From NCBI RefSeq assembly GCF_963921235.1, contig NC_086097.1, positions 49,292,001 through 49,356,000 of the forward strand: 64,000 bases of DNA, in the 5' to 3' direction. Positions 10,712 through 24,396 of this stretch are shown here, in pieces. The stretch is from Mobula hypostoma (taxonomy: Eukaryota). The translations under genes were made by a program, and so were the position numbers. The notes beneath the pieces are model-generated. The model was not told where the DNA came from. It did not search any database and saw nothing but the letters and a program-made list of their open reading frames with translations. How positions within the stretch are numbered: the stretch's first letter is position 1; the number at the start of each line of letters is the position of its first letter.

Positions 10712-12004
10712 TCATCTACTTCTGTTACAGTCTTTGCTAGTCTCTAGCCTACAATATGTTACTTCTACTCAATGATTAATTACTTTATAAACCTTACTGA
10801 GCTATTCCCAGAGGTGTGCGAGCATGTGAGACTTAAAACAAAATGGATTTTGATATGGAATGCCATGGGAAACACCAAAAAATAAAAGTTGAAACTTTCT
10901 ACTCTAGGAATTCAGTTGAAGTGGTATGTCTGATAAATGGATATAAATCACACCAACAGGTACACAGACCAAAACATGATCAGAATTGAAACTACAATGT
11001 GTGACGATTTTTCTAATGAAGCTCAGTAATTAGGACCATTTTCATATATAATTTATTTCCTCCAAAAAAATGTTGTTAAGTGTACAAAATAAATACACCT
11101 CATATAGAAAATAATCGAGATGGACATTCTCATTCCATTGCTTAAATGACTTAATGCATTTTACTCTTGAAATAGCATTGAGGCTATGAGCTCTCACTTT
11201 CACTGAAGCCTAAATCAGACAGCACCTGCTGACTGAACAAGTTAAAAGTGGAAACCCAGACGCTGCTGTGCAGGCTGCCCAGCGCTGGATCAATATCCCT
11301 CCCAAAGGCTTGACACTGAAACATGCTGAATGCTGCAAAATTAGCAGCCAAGAGGCAGAATGGCACTTGCAGAGACACATGAATTATTAAAGTGGTGTGT
11401 AGCTGGTTGACAAAAGCTTTACTGGAGTTCTCATCTCTACAAAGGGGGCCTGAGGCCTGAGCCACAAGGCTCATTAACTATAGAACAGGCCCTCACACTC
11501 AGAAAGACACAAAAAGAAATGCGTGGGTTGTTGGTCCAGGTTGCAGGGGGTAGTGATGGCAATGGATGGAAAGAGAAAAGAAGTCAGTTCAGTTTTGAGG
11601 AGGAGCAGTGTGGCGGGGGGGGGGGGGTTGTTGGAGTTGCAAATCCCAAGGAATTCCAGCAGTAGGTCTCCAAGCTAGAGAGGAGTAATGGTCGGCCATA
11701 TTACTGACCTATGAATTGGGGCGGGGTGGAAATGAGCAGTTTGCTTTTCAGTCGTCTTCAATAATTGGTGCATTTGGAGGAGTTCTGGCTAGGGATCCAT
11801 GGTTGCTGGAGAGACTTGGGTTACAGATTGAGGTTGAGGGAGACCAGCATCACAGGTGAGATTCACAATTCTAGGAGTATTTTATGGCAGGAGATTCAGC
11901 TGACACAAGGGTCTGGTATTTTTCTTAGAGCTGACCTACCAGAGGGCAAGGTTGCCAATGCAAATCTCTGCAACCTGTTTACATTGTTTTCCTTTCTTTC
12001 CTTC

Positions 12005-13378
12005 TCCCTGCATACAAACAGAAGCTGAAACACAAGGATCCTGTACAAAAAGTCATACAGTGTTGGTTTGAGCAAACAGATAAACTTCTACAAGGTTACT
12101 TTGAGTTGGTAGAATGGTCCATGTTTAAAGACTCAGTAGCAAGCCTAGGTAAGTATGTCTCCACTGTCACGGACTTTATCAGCAGATGCATTGGGGGCTG
12201 TGTACCAAAGAGAACAAATTGGGTGTCCTCAATCTGGAAGTCATGGATGAACCAGGAGAGCCGCTCCCTACTGAAGTTTAGCGCTGCAGTGTTCAAATCA
12301 GGTCACCCTGTTCTTTACAAGATATTGAGAAATAATTTCTGTGAAGCTATCAAGGATGCCAAGAGACAATCCCAATCTAAAGTAGAACCTGAAACCAGGG
12401 CTTCCATGCTGCAGAGTGAAGTTAGACAGCAGCACTAACAAAAGCACATCCCTTCTAGATGAGCTTAACACTTTCTATGCACATTTTGAACAGAAGGAAT
12501 TTAGAATGTCACCACACACCCCAACAACCTCCAATGCACCCAAACTCACAGCCATCATTATGACATAAGATCATTTTTCCAGCGGGTGAACTTGCAAAAT
12601 CATCTGGCCCAGATAGTGTCTTGAGCCGTGTCCTTTGATCCTGCACAGATCAGCAGGTTGGAGTATCTGCAGCTATTTTTGTCCTCTTCCTGCTTTAACG
12701 AAATTCCCACCTGTTTTAGGAAGATCAGTATCTTCTTGATATCCAAGAAAAGCAAAATAACATACTGTACCAACTACCATCTGCTGTCTCTGACATCCAC
12801 TGTCATAAGGTGCTTCAACAGACTGGTCATGCCTCACATTAACTCCAGCCTCCCAGACAATCTTGCAATTCACCTCCTGGAAAAATATGTCTATGGCAGC
12901 TGACACCCCCCAGCCCCTGGCCCTACACACATCTCTGGAGCACCCAGACAGTAAAGACGTCTATGTTAGACTATTGATTATTGAATACAGCTCTGCCTTC
13001 AATACTATATTTGCAAGCAAACACCTCTGCAAACTCCTAGACCTGGGATTCAGCACCACACTTTGCAACTCACCGATGATGACAATCAATAAGGATGGAC
13101 AGCAACACCCAACCCATGATTATTCTCAATACTGGTAGCCCATGAGGCTGTGTCTTCAGCCCCTTTGTCTATTCCTTGTATACATATAACTGAGTGGTTA
13201 GATTTTGCTGTAAATACACCTACAAGTTTGCAGATGATGCCACTGTAGTGAAGATCGTATCCTGTATAACGACAAGCTGGTATACTGGAAGTAGATAACT
13301 GAGTGACATGGTGTCATGACAAAAACCACTCCCCCCAATGTCAATAAAACAAAAGAGCTGAATACTGATTTCAGGAAT
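12005..13378 (+). mobile_element. Degenerate Rex1/Babar-like LINE (RT region)
   Basis: EWSMFKDS..YVSTVTDFI..WMNQE, LLSLTSTVIRCFNRLV, YVRLLIIEYSSAFNTI, KFADD at ~13222-13236, NVNKTKEL..DFR; many stops. Confidence 0.8.
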
Positions 13379-16130
13379 TGTTATGATCTGGATCTTTCAA
13401 AACATAAAACCAATCGACAGAAAAACACGGAGCTGATCAAAGTTCATGTATGTATAGCTTTTACTTTACTGAGACACCAACATGGTGGCGTAATGATGTA
13501 CGACATTCACGTACTTTTACATTTAACACATAATGAGTTATATAAACAACAAAGAAAGCTTAATCAAACAATATTACATTACTCGAACATTACTAAACTA
13601 TTAACATACAACATTCCTCCCTGCTTAGCTATAAACTGCAACTCAGTAAAGAATGCCTTTCCACTATATGCACAGTATACTTACGATCTAATACAACTAC
13701 TATATAGACATCTACAGCATAGTAAATTTTAAATTGTCCCATTCAGGCCTGAAGATTTAATCACTATGGAAGATTTCTTACTCTTGTGGGATAATACCTT
13801 TCCTACAAGGGGATCACTCTGCTTGGCAGATAAGACTTATGCCTGTGAAGCAATCTCAGGTTCTGGGGCCTCCTCTGTGCTGTTGACTCTGGGACACTTC
13901 TGCCAGTTCTGGACACGGTTCTTTTGGGCATGTTGGCATCCCGAACAGTGCATGGCAAGTTGCTCGATCTGCTGATCTATTCCAGGCCACCAGACAAGGC
14001 TTCAAGCCAATGCTTTCATTTTGACTGCTCCCAGATGGCAGGCATCTAGTTCCTCCAACCCTTTAGCTCTCAGCTTGGATGGTACAACAGCTCTCAATCC
14101 CCACATATAGCAACCCCCTTCAAAGGCAAATTCATCCCAGTACTATTAAAAATGGGGGAACTGGAAATTCTTCTGCATATCCCAGCCATTTTGGGTGGCC
14201 ACGTAGACATGAGAACAGTGTGGGGGTCTTTACTGCTTACCCTTTGCGAAAACAGAGATTTTCATTAGGGAGAATACATCAAGAGCAATGTCCTCTTCCA
14301 TAAATTTTTCAGACATATCCATTTCCAAAGGCAAATGGGAGAATCCATCAGCATTTCCACCATTAGTTGTCCTCTTGAATTCAAAGTTTCAAAGTACTTT
14401 CATTAGCAAAGAATGTATAAATTAAACAACCTTGAGATTTGTTTGCTTACAGGCAGTCCTAAAGCAAGAAACTTGAAAGAACCCAATTTAAAAAAAAGAA
14501 AAGATCAACATTTGATATGCAGAGAAAAGGAAAAAAGATAGAAATCATGCAAACAATAGATTAGATTAGATTACGAGGACACGCAGTCCTCTTTTATTGT
14601 CATTTAGTAATGCATGCATTAAGAAATGATACAATGTTCCTCCAGTGTGATATCACAGAAACACAAGACAGACCAAGACTGAAAAACTGAAAAAAAACAC
14701 ATAATTATAACATATAGTTACAACAGTGCAAGCAATACCGTAACTTGATGAAGAGCAGGCCATGGCACGGTAAAAAAAAGTTCAAAGTCTCTCGAAAGCC
14801 CCATGATCTCACGCAGACGGTTGAAGGGAGAAACTCTCCCTGCTGTGAACCTCCAGCGCCGCAAACTTGCCGATGCAGCATCCTGGAAGCACCCAACCAC
14901 AGTCCGACTCTGAGTCGTCCGAAAACTTTGAGCCTCCAACCAGCCCTCCAACACCGAGTACCGAGCACCATCTCTGCCAAGCGCTTCGACCCCAACCCCG
15001 GCTGCCAGCAACAGGCAAAGCCAAGGATTTGGGGCCTACGCTCCAGAGACTCTCGATCACACAGTAGCAGCGGCAGCGAACCGGGCATTTCAGAAGTTTC
15101 TCCAGATGTTCCTCCGTGCTTCTCACGTCTGTCTCCATCAAATCAGAATTGTGCACAGCTCCCTATTTAACAAATACGATATCATTTCACTGGAGAGGCT
15201 GCGCACGCTTCCATCTTCTCCTCCCTCCTGGTTTTTAGAAGCGAGCAACAACATTCCGAACAAAAATGAATCCTTAGGTTCGAATTCCTGAGCAGCCTGG
15301 AGTAGGCCCAAAGCCTTGGTATCAGTTCATTATATTAGGAGGCACAGAGCACAGCAGCCAGGGCAGTCTTCATAGCCTCAGCGACATGGTGAGAGGAGGG
15401 AACATCGCGGGAGAGAAAGCGAAATTGGCTCTCACCTCCAATACACTGTGCCTTTCTAGTTTCTCTGCGCCAGCATTTAAATTTCCAGATCATATCATAC
15501 CTCACAGAAGAACCCAGGCACCACTGAAGTGAAAGGCTTTGGGCCTAGACCAGGCTTCCCGGCGACTTGCTCCAGACCCAGATTTCACTGCCCAGCCGAA
15601 GCTGCTCTCAATTTCTCCAAATTGGCTAGGTGCCCAGAGCGATCCAAATTCACACCCGAGCCAGTTGTACAGGCATTGAAACTCCGTTACCTCGACTTCA
15701 CCTCTCTGAATGGCTCACTCTATCTGTGTCGATTCTGCAATGTACTAGCACAGTTCATCCCTCAAATTCGCTTTACCTTCACTTGCCTCTTCATTATTTG
15801 CAGTGATAATTTATCCCAATTTACTTCAGAAAAAGGTATTAGTAGTAATATTTTTAGTTGAATTCCTTGCCTTTTAAACTACCAGCGAGTTGTCGCGCTC
15901 ATTCGGTAGCACCATCTAAAAATGGAATTTGATCTTGTAGTTGTGTCCTCCAAAAAATAGAGCCCATCTCTGCAATTGTGCTTCTGCTGTTAGTGAAACA
16001 CTCTTCTGATTATTGAAAATGGACATCTGTGGTTGATGATCAGTAATGAGGGTAAACTCTCTCTCATACAAGTACTGGTTGAAACATTTTATAGCTCAAA
16101 GACTCAGGGTCTATCTGTCAATCTGTGCAT
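13379..16130 (-). mobile_element. Ty3/Gypsy LTR retrotransposon remnant (3' LTR 13379-13613; RNase H/integrase remnants), interrupted
   Basis: LTR TGTT...AACA followed by PPT (minus GCAGGGAGGAA); integrase Zn region HLGAVKMKALA..WWPGIDQQIEQLAMHCSGC; RWALF..HNYKI; same family as 24108-37890. Confidence 0.82.
14382..15921 (-). mobile_element. Non-autonomous retroposon inserted in Gypsy, with a second one nested at ~14561-15228
   Basis: Tail CAAAGTTTCAAAG at 14382 and (ATTAG)n tail at ~14560; minus-strand 5' ends TTTAGATGGTGC (~15918) and GAGAAGATGG (~15220); Gypsy text resumes at ~15925. Confidence 0.62.
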
Positions 16131-16258
16131 TTTTTTATTCTTTGCAGCAGTAATACAGGCCCAGAGCCATCAGGCACTCTTCATACGACAAGCCATTCAA
16201 TCCTGGAATCGTTTTCATGAACCTCCTCTCCAGTTTCAGCACATCCTTTCCAAGATAA

Positions 16259-17292
16259 GAATGGGCAAAAAAGTGGCAGATGGAATACAGTATTGGGAAG
16301 TGTACGATCATGCATTTCGGTAAAAGGAACAATAGTGTAGACTATTATCTAAATGGGAAGAAAATTCAAACATCAGAGGTCCAAAGGGACTTAGAAATCC
16401 TCATGTAAGATTCCCAGAAGGTTAATTCACGGGTTGAGTCTGTGGGAAAGAAGGCAAATGCAAAGTTGGCATTTATTTCAAGGAGAATAGAACATAAAAA
16501 CAAAGAGATAATACTGAAGCTTCCTAAGACACTAGTCAGGCTGCACTTGGAGTATTGTCAACAGTTTTGGGCCCCTTAACTCAGAAAGGATGTATTGTCA
16601 TTGGAAAGAGTCCAGAGGAGGTTCACGAGGATGATTCTGGAAATCACAGGGTTAACATATGAGGAGGGTTCGGAGCTTTGAGCCTGTACCCACTGGAATT
16701 TAGAAGAATGTGTGGGAATCTCATTAAAACCTACTAAATGTTGGAAGGGCTGGAGGGAACTGCCTCAAAATTGAGGGGTGACCTTCTAGAACAGAAGTAA
16801 AGTGGAATTGTTTTAAGCCAAAGAGTGGTGAATTGGTGGTTCTGCAGTGGAAGCCATGTCCGTGGGTATATTTAAAGTGGAAGTTGACAGTTGTATTGGT
16901 GCATGGCCAAGTGGTTAAGGCGTCAGTCTAGTGATCTGAAGGTCGCTAGTTCAAGCCTCAGCTGAGGCAGGTTGTTGTGTCCTTGAGCAAGGCACTTAAC
17001 CACACATTGGTCTGCGACGACACCGGTGCCAAGCTGTATGGGTCCTAATGCCCTTCCCTTGGACAACATCAGTGGCGTGGAGAGGGGAGACTTGCAGCAT
17101 GGGCAACTGCCAGTCTTCCATACAGCCTTGCCCAGGCCTGCACCCTGGAAACCTTCCAAAGCACAAATCCATGGTCTCACAAGACTAACGGATGCCTATG
17201 AAATGACAGATCAGCTGTGATGAAATGGCGGAGCAGACTCGATGGGTTGAATGGCCTTACTCTGCTCCTATGTCTTATGGACTTATGGTCTT
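16259..17292 (+). mobile_element. 5'-truncated CR1 LINE inserted antisense into the older CR1
   Basis: EWAKKWQMEY, LYK/LVRLHLEYCQQFWAP-like remnant; 3' tail CTGCTCCTATGTCTTATGG(A/T)CTTAT; ATAAG repeated at both junctions. Confidence 0.8.
16898..17199 (+). mobile_element. tRNA-derived SINE with CORE-like central domain
   Basis: A box TGGCCAAGTGG (16904-16914), B box AGTTCAAGCC (16948-16957), then TGTGTCCTTGAGCAAGGCACTTAAC. Confidence 0.8.
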
Positions 17293-18490
17293 ATAAGGGC
17301 CCAAACTTGCTCACAGTCCTCCAAGTAAGGCTCACCTTTGCTTTATAAAGTTTCAACATTACATCCCTGCTTTTATATTCTAGTCCTCTTTAAATGAATT
17401 TGCCTTCCACACCACAGATTCAAACTGCAAATTAACCTTTAGGGAATCCTGCTCAAGGACTCCCAAGTCCATTTGCAACTCAGTTTTTTGTATTTTCTAT
17501 TTAGAAAATAGTTAACTCTTTCATTTCTTCTACCAAAGTGCATGACCATAAACAGCAACACTATATTCCATCTGCCATTTTTACGCCCATTCTCCTAATC
17601 CATCTAAGTCCTTCTGTAGTCTCTCTACTTCTCCAAAACTACCCACCCCTCTACTATCTTCATATCACCTGCAAACTTTGCAACAAAGCCATCAATTCCA
17701 TTATCCAAATCATTGATATATAACATAAAAAGGATTGGTCCCAACACAGACCCCGAAAGAACACCACTTGTCACTGACAGCCAGTCAGAAAAGCTTCCAT
17801 TTATTCACACTCTTGGACTCCTGCCTATCAGCCATGGCTTTATCCATGCTAGACTCCTTTCTGTTATACCATGGGTTCATAGCTTGTTAAGCAGCCTCAT
17901 GTGTGACACTTTGTCAAAGGCCTTCTGAAAATCCAAGTACACAATATGAACTGATTCTTCTTTGTCTTCCTGCATGTTACTTCTTCAAAAAACTCCAACA
18001 GATTTGTCAGGCAAGATTTTTCCTTTGAGGAAGCTATGCTGATTACATCCTATTTTATTATGTACATCCAAGTACCCTGAGATCTCATCCTTAATAATTG
18101 ACTCCAACATCTTCCCAACTACTGAGGTCAGACTAACTGGCCTATAGTTTCCTTTCTTCTGCCTCTCTCCCTCTTGAAGAGTGGTGTGACATTTGCAACT
18201 TTCCACTCTTCCAGAACCATTCCAGAATCCAGTTATTATTGAAAGGTCATTACTAATGCCTCCACAATCTCTTCAGCCACATCCTTCAGAACTCTGGGGT
18301 GTACATCTGGTCCGGGTGACCTTCAGACCTTTCAGTTTCCCAAGAACCTTCGTTCTAGTTATGGTAACTTCACCTGACCCCTGACACCTGGAATTTCCAC
18401 CATATTACTCGTGTCTTCCACAGTGAAGACTGATGCAAAATACTTATTTAGTTCAGCCTCTATTTCATTGTCCCCAATTACTACCTCTCC

Positions 18491-18904
18491 GTGGATTGTC
18501 ACCTTGTCGCGGTGGAGAAGCTTGTGTGGTCCTGAGATCCCCAGAGCAATGCTGTCTGGATCTATGCTCCTGGTAAGGTCACCCATAGCAGTAAGGTCGA
18601 GGGTGGGGTCCTTGACAAAGAACAATCCAACCAAGACCTCAACGGTAGAACAAGCGGACGGTTACTTTGAACTCAACGGCTGTGAAGGCGGTTGAAGGCT
18701 GCAACAAATCCATCAGCTCCAATCATCGTGGTTTCCATGCCATTGGAATCAGTTGGATGATTTGTGAAGCATCGTGTGCTTCTTGGAATGCAACATCAAG
18801 TACACGTTAAACAAACACACACACAGGCATCTTTGCTCTGTGGGCCACTTGATCAACAGAACGAAGACCATCATCCTCGACCTCGAGGGATAGCCACGAC
18901 GATG
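18491..18904 (+). mobile_element. Short non-autonomous element, probably RTE-derived
   Basis: 8-bp TSD ACCTCTCC at 18483-18490 and 18905-18912; 5' CACCTTGTCGCGGTGGAGAAGCTTG resembles RTE 5' UTRs; short (GAC/GAT)n tail. Confidence 0.68.
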
Positions 18905-19843
18905 ACCTCTCCAGCATCATTTTCTAGTGGTCCAATATCCACTCTCACCTTTCTTTTACACTTTATGTATCTGAAGAAACTTTTGGTACCCTCTTTAATA
19001 TTACTGGCTATCTTATTTTCATATTCCAACTTTACCTTCTTATTAACTTTTTTAGTTGCCTTCTGTTGGTTTTTAAAAGCTTCTTAATCCTCTAACTTCC
19101 TACTAATCTTTGCTCTATTGTATGCCCTCTCTTTAGCTTTTATGTTGGCTTTGACTTCTCTTGTTTGCCATGGATGTGTCATCTTTCCTTTAGAATACTT
19201 CTTCCTTTTTGGGCTGTATATATCCTCTGCCTTCCAAATTGCTTCCAGAAATTCCAGCCATCATCCCTGACAGTGTTGTTTTCCAATCAATTCTGGTCAA
19301 CACCTCTCTTAAACCTCTGTAATTCCCTTTAATCCACCGTAATACTTTTGTTAAGATAGCAAATATTTTTACATCTTTGCTCTTGTTCATCTCAAAACAC
19401 AACAGTGTGATGTGCAAAGTATAAGTGAGTGTAACAAACTTGCTCAAATACATTAAGAATTAATTACCACTTGAATGAATTACTATTTGATTTAGTCGAA
19501 CTTAGTATATTGTGCTCAACTGGCACAGAACATAAGTAATGGGTATCAACACAAAAAGCCATTCACTAAAGTTAATCCATTGCTTCTATTACTAATGAAA
19601 ATATCATATGCTCCTTAAAAATATTAAAAGTTTGTAGCACACAGAGTATTTACTAATCTCCTATGTCATGTCTCAGATTAAGGCATAAAGCCTTCCCAAT
19701 AATTTATATCTCCAACAGTTGGCAAAGCTGAATATTGTCAATCCAACAAATGGCATATCATCACCCACGACTTTGTTTATAGTGGGGATCAGCAGGCCAT
19801 CATCAATGCCACAGGCACTGTATTTTATAAAGCTATTTTTTTA

Positions 19844-21143
19844 CAGTGGCATGCAAAAGTTTGGGCACCCCTGGCCAAAATTTCTGTTACTGTGAATAGC
19901 TAAGCGAGTAAAAGATGACCTGATTACTAAAAGGCATAAAGTTAAAGATGACACATTTCTTTAACATTTTAAGCAAGATTACTTTTTTTATTTCCATCTT
20001 TTACAGTTTCAAAATAACAAAAAAGGAAAAGGGCCTGAAGCAAGGGCAACCTGCATGGTCATTACTGTTTTTTTTTTTACAGACGGTGTGATGTTTGCTT
20101 CCAGAATTTGCTGATATTTAATTGAATTTATTCTTCCCTTTACCAGTGAAATGTTCCCTATGCCACTGGCTGCAACACAAGCCCAAAGCATGATCGATCC
20201 ACCCCTGTGCTTAACAGTTGGAGAGGTATTCTTTTCATGAAATTCTGCACCCTTTTTTCTCCAAACATACCTTTGCTCATTGCAGCCAAAAAGTTTTATC
20301 TTAACTTAATCAGTCCACAGGATGTTTCCAAAATGCATCAGGCTTGTTTAGATGTTCCTTTGCAAACCTCTGATGCTGAATTTTGTGGTGAGGATGCAGA
20401 GAAGGTTTTCTTCTGATGACTCTTCCATGAAGGTCATATTTGTGCAGGTGTCACTGCACAGTAGAACAGTGCACTGCCACTCCAGGGTCTGCTAAATCTT
20501 CCTGAAGGTCGTTTGCATTCAAACAGGGCTTTTGATTTGCCTTTCTAGCAATCCTACAAGCAGTTCTCTCTGAAAGTTTTCTTAGTCTTCCAGACCTGAA
20601 CTTCACCTCCACCATTCCTGTTAACTGCCATTTCCTAATTACATTATGAACTGAGGAAACGGCTACCTGAAAACGCTTTGCTATCTTCTTATAGCCTTCT
20701 CCTGCTTTGTGGGCATCATTTATTTTAATTTTCAGAGTGCTAGGCAGCTGCTTAGAGGAGCTCATAGCTGCTGATTGTTGGGACAAGGTTTGAGGAGTCA
20801 GGGTATTTATAAAGCTTTGAAATTTGCATCACCTGGCCTTTCCTAACAATGACTGTGAACAAGCCATAGCCTTAACAAGCTATTTAAGGTCTGAGACCTT
20901 GGTAAAAGTTATCGAAGAGCTCAAATCCCTTGGGTGCCCAAACTTTTGCATGGTTCTCCTTTTCTTTCTTTCCACTCTAAAATTGTACAAAACAAATAAT
21001 ACACTAATCTTGCTTAAAGTGTTGAAAAGAATGTTTCATTTTTAACTTTATGACTTTTGGAGATCCGTTCATCTTCTACTCATTTAACTATTCACAGTGA
21101 CAGAAATTTTGACCAGGGGTGCCCAAACTTTTGCATGTCACTG
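19844..21143 (-). mobile_element. Tc1 transposon, internally deleted
   Basis: TIR CAGTGGCATGCAAAAGTTTGGGCACCCCTGG.. at both ends; TA TSD; N-terminal HTH in ORF 20451..20786 (GEGYKKIAKRFQV, RSGR) and MLWAC..YQQILE remnant. Confidence 0.92.
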
Positions 21144-21294
21144 TATTTAAATGGAAACAGTCACTGAATACACTGAAATCATTAAAATGTGTTAAATATA
21201 TACAATATGACAGGTGCCTCCTATATAAGTAGTCACTTGTAATAATAAATTTTGATATAGAAGGATACACAGAGAATAGCCAGCAATTCCTTTC

Positions 21295-21490
21295 TTAGAC
21301 ACAGTGATATAGCTATTAATACTGCTGCTTCACAGTTCAAGAGGCCCAGATTCAAAGTTTCAATCCATGCCTTGGATTCTGCCTGTGTAAAATTTACAAG
21401 TACTGTGAACACATGGGTTCCCTCTTACTGATCTGGTAAAATCACACATCCTAAAGATGCTTCATCTACTGTGTTACCCCTATTTGTATT
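21295..21490 (+). mobile_element. Highly degenerate tRNA/V-type SINE remnant
   Basis: CTGCTGCTTCACAG..CCAGATTCAA head and CATGGGTTCCCTC...CATCCTAAAGATG body. Confidence 0.4.
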
Positions 21491-21659
21491 TTAATGACAA
21501 ACAAGTTGCAGGAGCGGAGGGTAATAGAGAGAGTGAAAGGACAAATGGGATTGATCCCCGAAGGCTAACATGTTCCTCGTGGGCTGAATGCCCTCTTCCT
21601 GCATTGTTGCACAGCTTCCTTGCCCTTGAACTTTAAAAACAATGGAACCCATGTGATTA

Positions 21660-22316
21660 TGCAAACACGAGGAATTCTGCAGATGCTGGAAATTCAAGCA
21701 ACACACATCAAAGTTGCTGGTGAACGCAGCAGGCCAAGCAGCATCTCTAGGAAGAGGTACAGTTGATGTTTCGGGCCGAGACTCTTCGTCAGGACTAACT
21801 GAAGGAAGAGCTAGTAAGAGGTTTGAAAGTTGGAGGGAGAGTGGGAGATCCAAAATGATAGGAGAAGACAGGAGGGGGAGGGATGGAGCGAAGAGCTGGA
21901 CAGGTGATTAGCAAAGGGGATACGAGAGGATCATGGGACAGGAGGCCCTGGGAGAAAGAAAAGGGGGAGGGGCAAGGGGTATAGTCAGAGGGAAAGAGGG
22001 AGAAAAAGGAGAGAGAGAAAGAACGTGTGTATATAAATAAATAATGGATGGGGTACGAGGGGGAGGCAGTGCATTAGCGGAAGTTTGAGAAGTCAATGTT
22101 CATGCCATCAGGTTGGAGGCTACCCAGACGGAATATAAGGTGTTGTTCCTCCAACCTGAGTGTGGCTTCATCTTTACAGTAGAGGAGGCCGTGGATAGAC
22201 ATATCAGAATGGGAATGGGATGTGGAATTAAAATGTGTGGCTACTGGGAAATCCTGCTTTCTCTGGCGGACAGAGCGTAGGTGTTCAGCAAAACGATCTC
22301 CCAGTCTGCATCGGGT
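21660..22316 (-). mobile_element. 5'-truncated Penelope-like element with complete 3' terminus
   Basis: GIY-YIG C-terminus (RFAEHLRSV..LEEQHLIFRLG); decayed hammerhead at 21760-21797; perfect 14-bp TSD AACCCATGTGATTA at 21646-21659 and 22317-22330. Confidence 0.92.
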
Positions 22317-23754
22317 AACCCATGTGATTACCATCTCTCCCAATTTCAAAAAAGCCACTGCAAATATTGACCTGAAAACCTTAGAAGTTTTGGAAATGTT
22401 TTTAAAAAGAGCTAGTGAACAAAATAAATTCTGACTGACATCATCCTGGCACATTTCTCAAAATCAAAATACTATACCACTGATTTCAAAAATCTGGGGA
22501 AAAAAGTTAGACAAATAGTGTTGCACAGTAGCTTGAATTCAAACAAAAGATGCAAACAACTTCTGGACATACAGCCCTATACGAAGAAAGATAGATAATC
22601 TATTAGGAGATAATTATGCTTCAGATTTTACAGGTCAAATCTACAAAGAGTAGAATCTTTCTTCACACTGTTTAGTCATGATTTTGTGGGGCATTAGATG
22701 AAAATGATGCATAACTGCACAAGAATTATGCACATAATGAAATTCATTAATGGAAGTTTTAAAATTTAAATGTCATTCATTACTGCTCAGTCAAACTCAT
22801 AACTTACAAGCAATTTCATCCATTTATCAAGCAAAGTACCCAAATCGCAATTGATGAAATGAAAATGTTCCTAATCCATTAGGAAATGGGAGAGCACTAT
22901 TGGATTCAGAATTACAGCAGACAATATTATGTAGATTAGAAATCACCATCATTTTTGGTGCTCTCTTACAGAAATAATGGTTACACGCAATAGAATAATG
23001 TAAGACTATTAAAACTTCATCTAAAAGACAGGTAATAAAGCAAAAAGACTGCATATGACTGCACTCATTCAAAGCACACCATAAAAAAAGTCCACTGGAG
23101 AACATATATTTATTAAAAAACTGCTTTTGAGACAAGTCGTCCCATGATAATTAAACTGGCAAGTAACCTGAAGATAACATGTCATTGGTTAATGGCAGTA
23201 CAGCAGGAGCTACGTTAATAAATTCATAATAAATAGTGTTTCATATCTTTCCAAGAGAGCTTTTAGTGACTTTATTGAAGCCATTGTATAAACAAAAGTA
23301 ACCCCCCCCCCGGAGGACTGGGTCTGAGGGACAGAACTGAGGCTTATCTTTGTCCAGACTGTGCTAATGAAACCTTATTGTTCCAGGAATACCTGGCACA
23401 GCTGTTCCTCAGCACTTCCACAATGTCTCAAAGCTCTGCTTCTCTCTCTACCTCTCTCCACAGAAGCTGCTTGACCAGCTGTGTAATTTTAGCTTTTTCT
23501 GTTTTTCAAAATGAACCTGGCATGGGAAATGTACTATCCAATGCATGTTTGACAGAGAAAGCTTGCCAGATACATCAGTACCTTCCATGTACAAAACGTT
23601 CTTGTAATAGTCATTATTGCTATTCACTCTGGTAAACATTCACATTCAAGTGTGAGTGTCAAGGTAAAAACAAAACACCAGTAAAAACGCCATTTCTGGG
23701 CAAGTACTTTAATCATGGTAATACAATATTATAAATTAACTTGTTCAGGGAAAG

Positions 23755-24072
23755 AGAATAAGGTTTATTTGTCACATATACATCAAAATGTCAAAACATA
23801 CAGTGAAGGGCATCATTTTTGTCAACGACCAATACAGACCGAAGTTACACTCGGGACAGTCCACAATTGTTGCTATGATTCTAGCGCCAACAGAGCATGC
23901 CATGACTTACTGAACCGAACCATACGTCTCTGGAATGTGGAAGGTTACCGGTGCGCCCGCCCACGTGCTTACGAAGAGAACATACAAGCGCCTTACAAAC
24001 AGCAAGGGGGAATTGAACACAGGTTGCTGGTGCTGCAGAGCTTTACGCTAACTGCTCTCCTATTGTGTTGCC
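23755..24072 (-). mobile_element. SINE with tRNA-like head and Rex-type tail
   Basis: Minus-strand head GCAGTTAGCGTAAAGC..GTGTTCAA; tail TGTGACAAATAAAC; related 3' part at ~53930-54100 (+). Confidence 0.55.
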
Positions 24073-24396
24073 CTACTTGTTATGTTTTCCTGCCTCGCCT
24101 TGGCTTTTGTTGTGTTTTGTAACTCAGAAACATAAAACTACTCAATAGAAAAACACAGGGCGGCCAGGAGAACGTGTACACTTCATTTCTTTACTTTAGT
24201 GAGGTGTGAGCAAATGACACAGTGGACATTTACCATTCAGGTACATTTACCTATAACCAATAATGAAGTACTAAACAAACAAAGAATGCTCAATCAAACA
24301 ATATATTTACAATACAAATAATATTAAATACACAAGATTCCACCATGCCATGCTTAGCTATAAACTCCAACTCAATATAGAATGCATCTCAACTTA

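Larger units (their letters stand above)
16145..19345 (-). mobile_element. Degenerate CR1 LINE, interrupted
   Basis: KDVLKLERRFMKTIPGL, NYRPVSLTSVVGKMLESIIKD, ELNKYFASVFTVED, KGNYRGLREVL in short minus-strand ORFs. Confidence 0.85.

Noticed and set aside
16898..16970. tRNA gene
   Set aside because: A and B boxes are present but continue directly into a SINE body; no clean acceptor stem or terminator.
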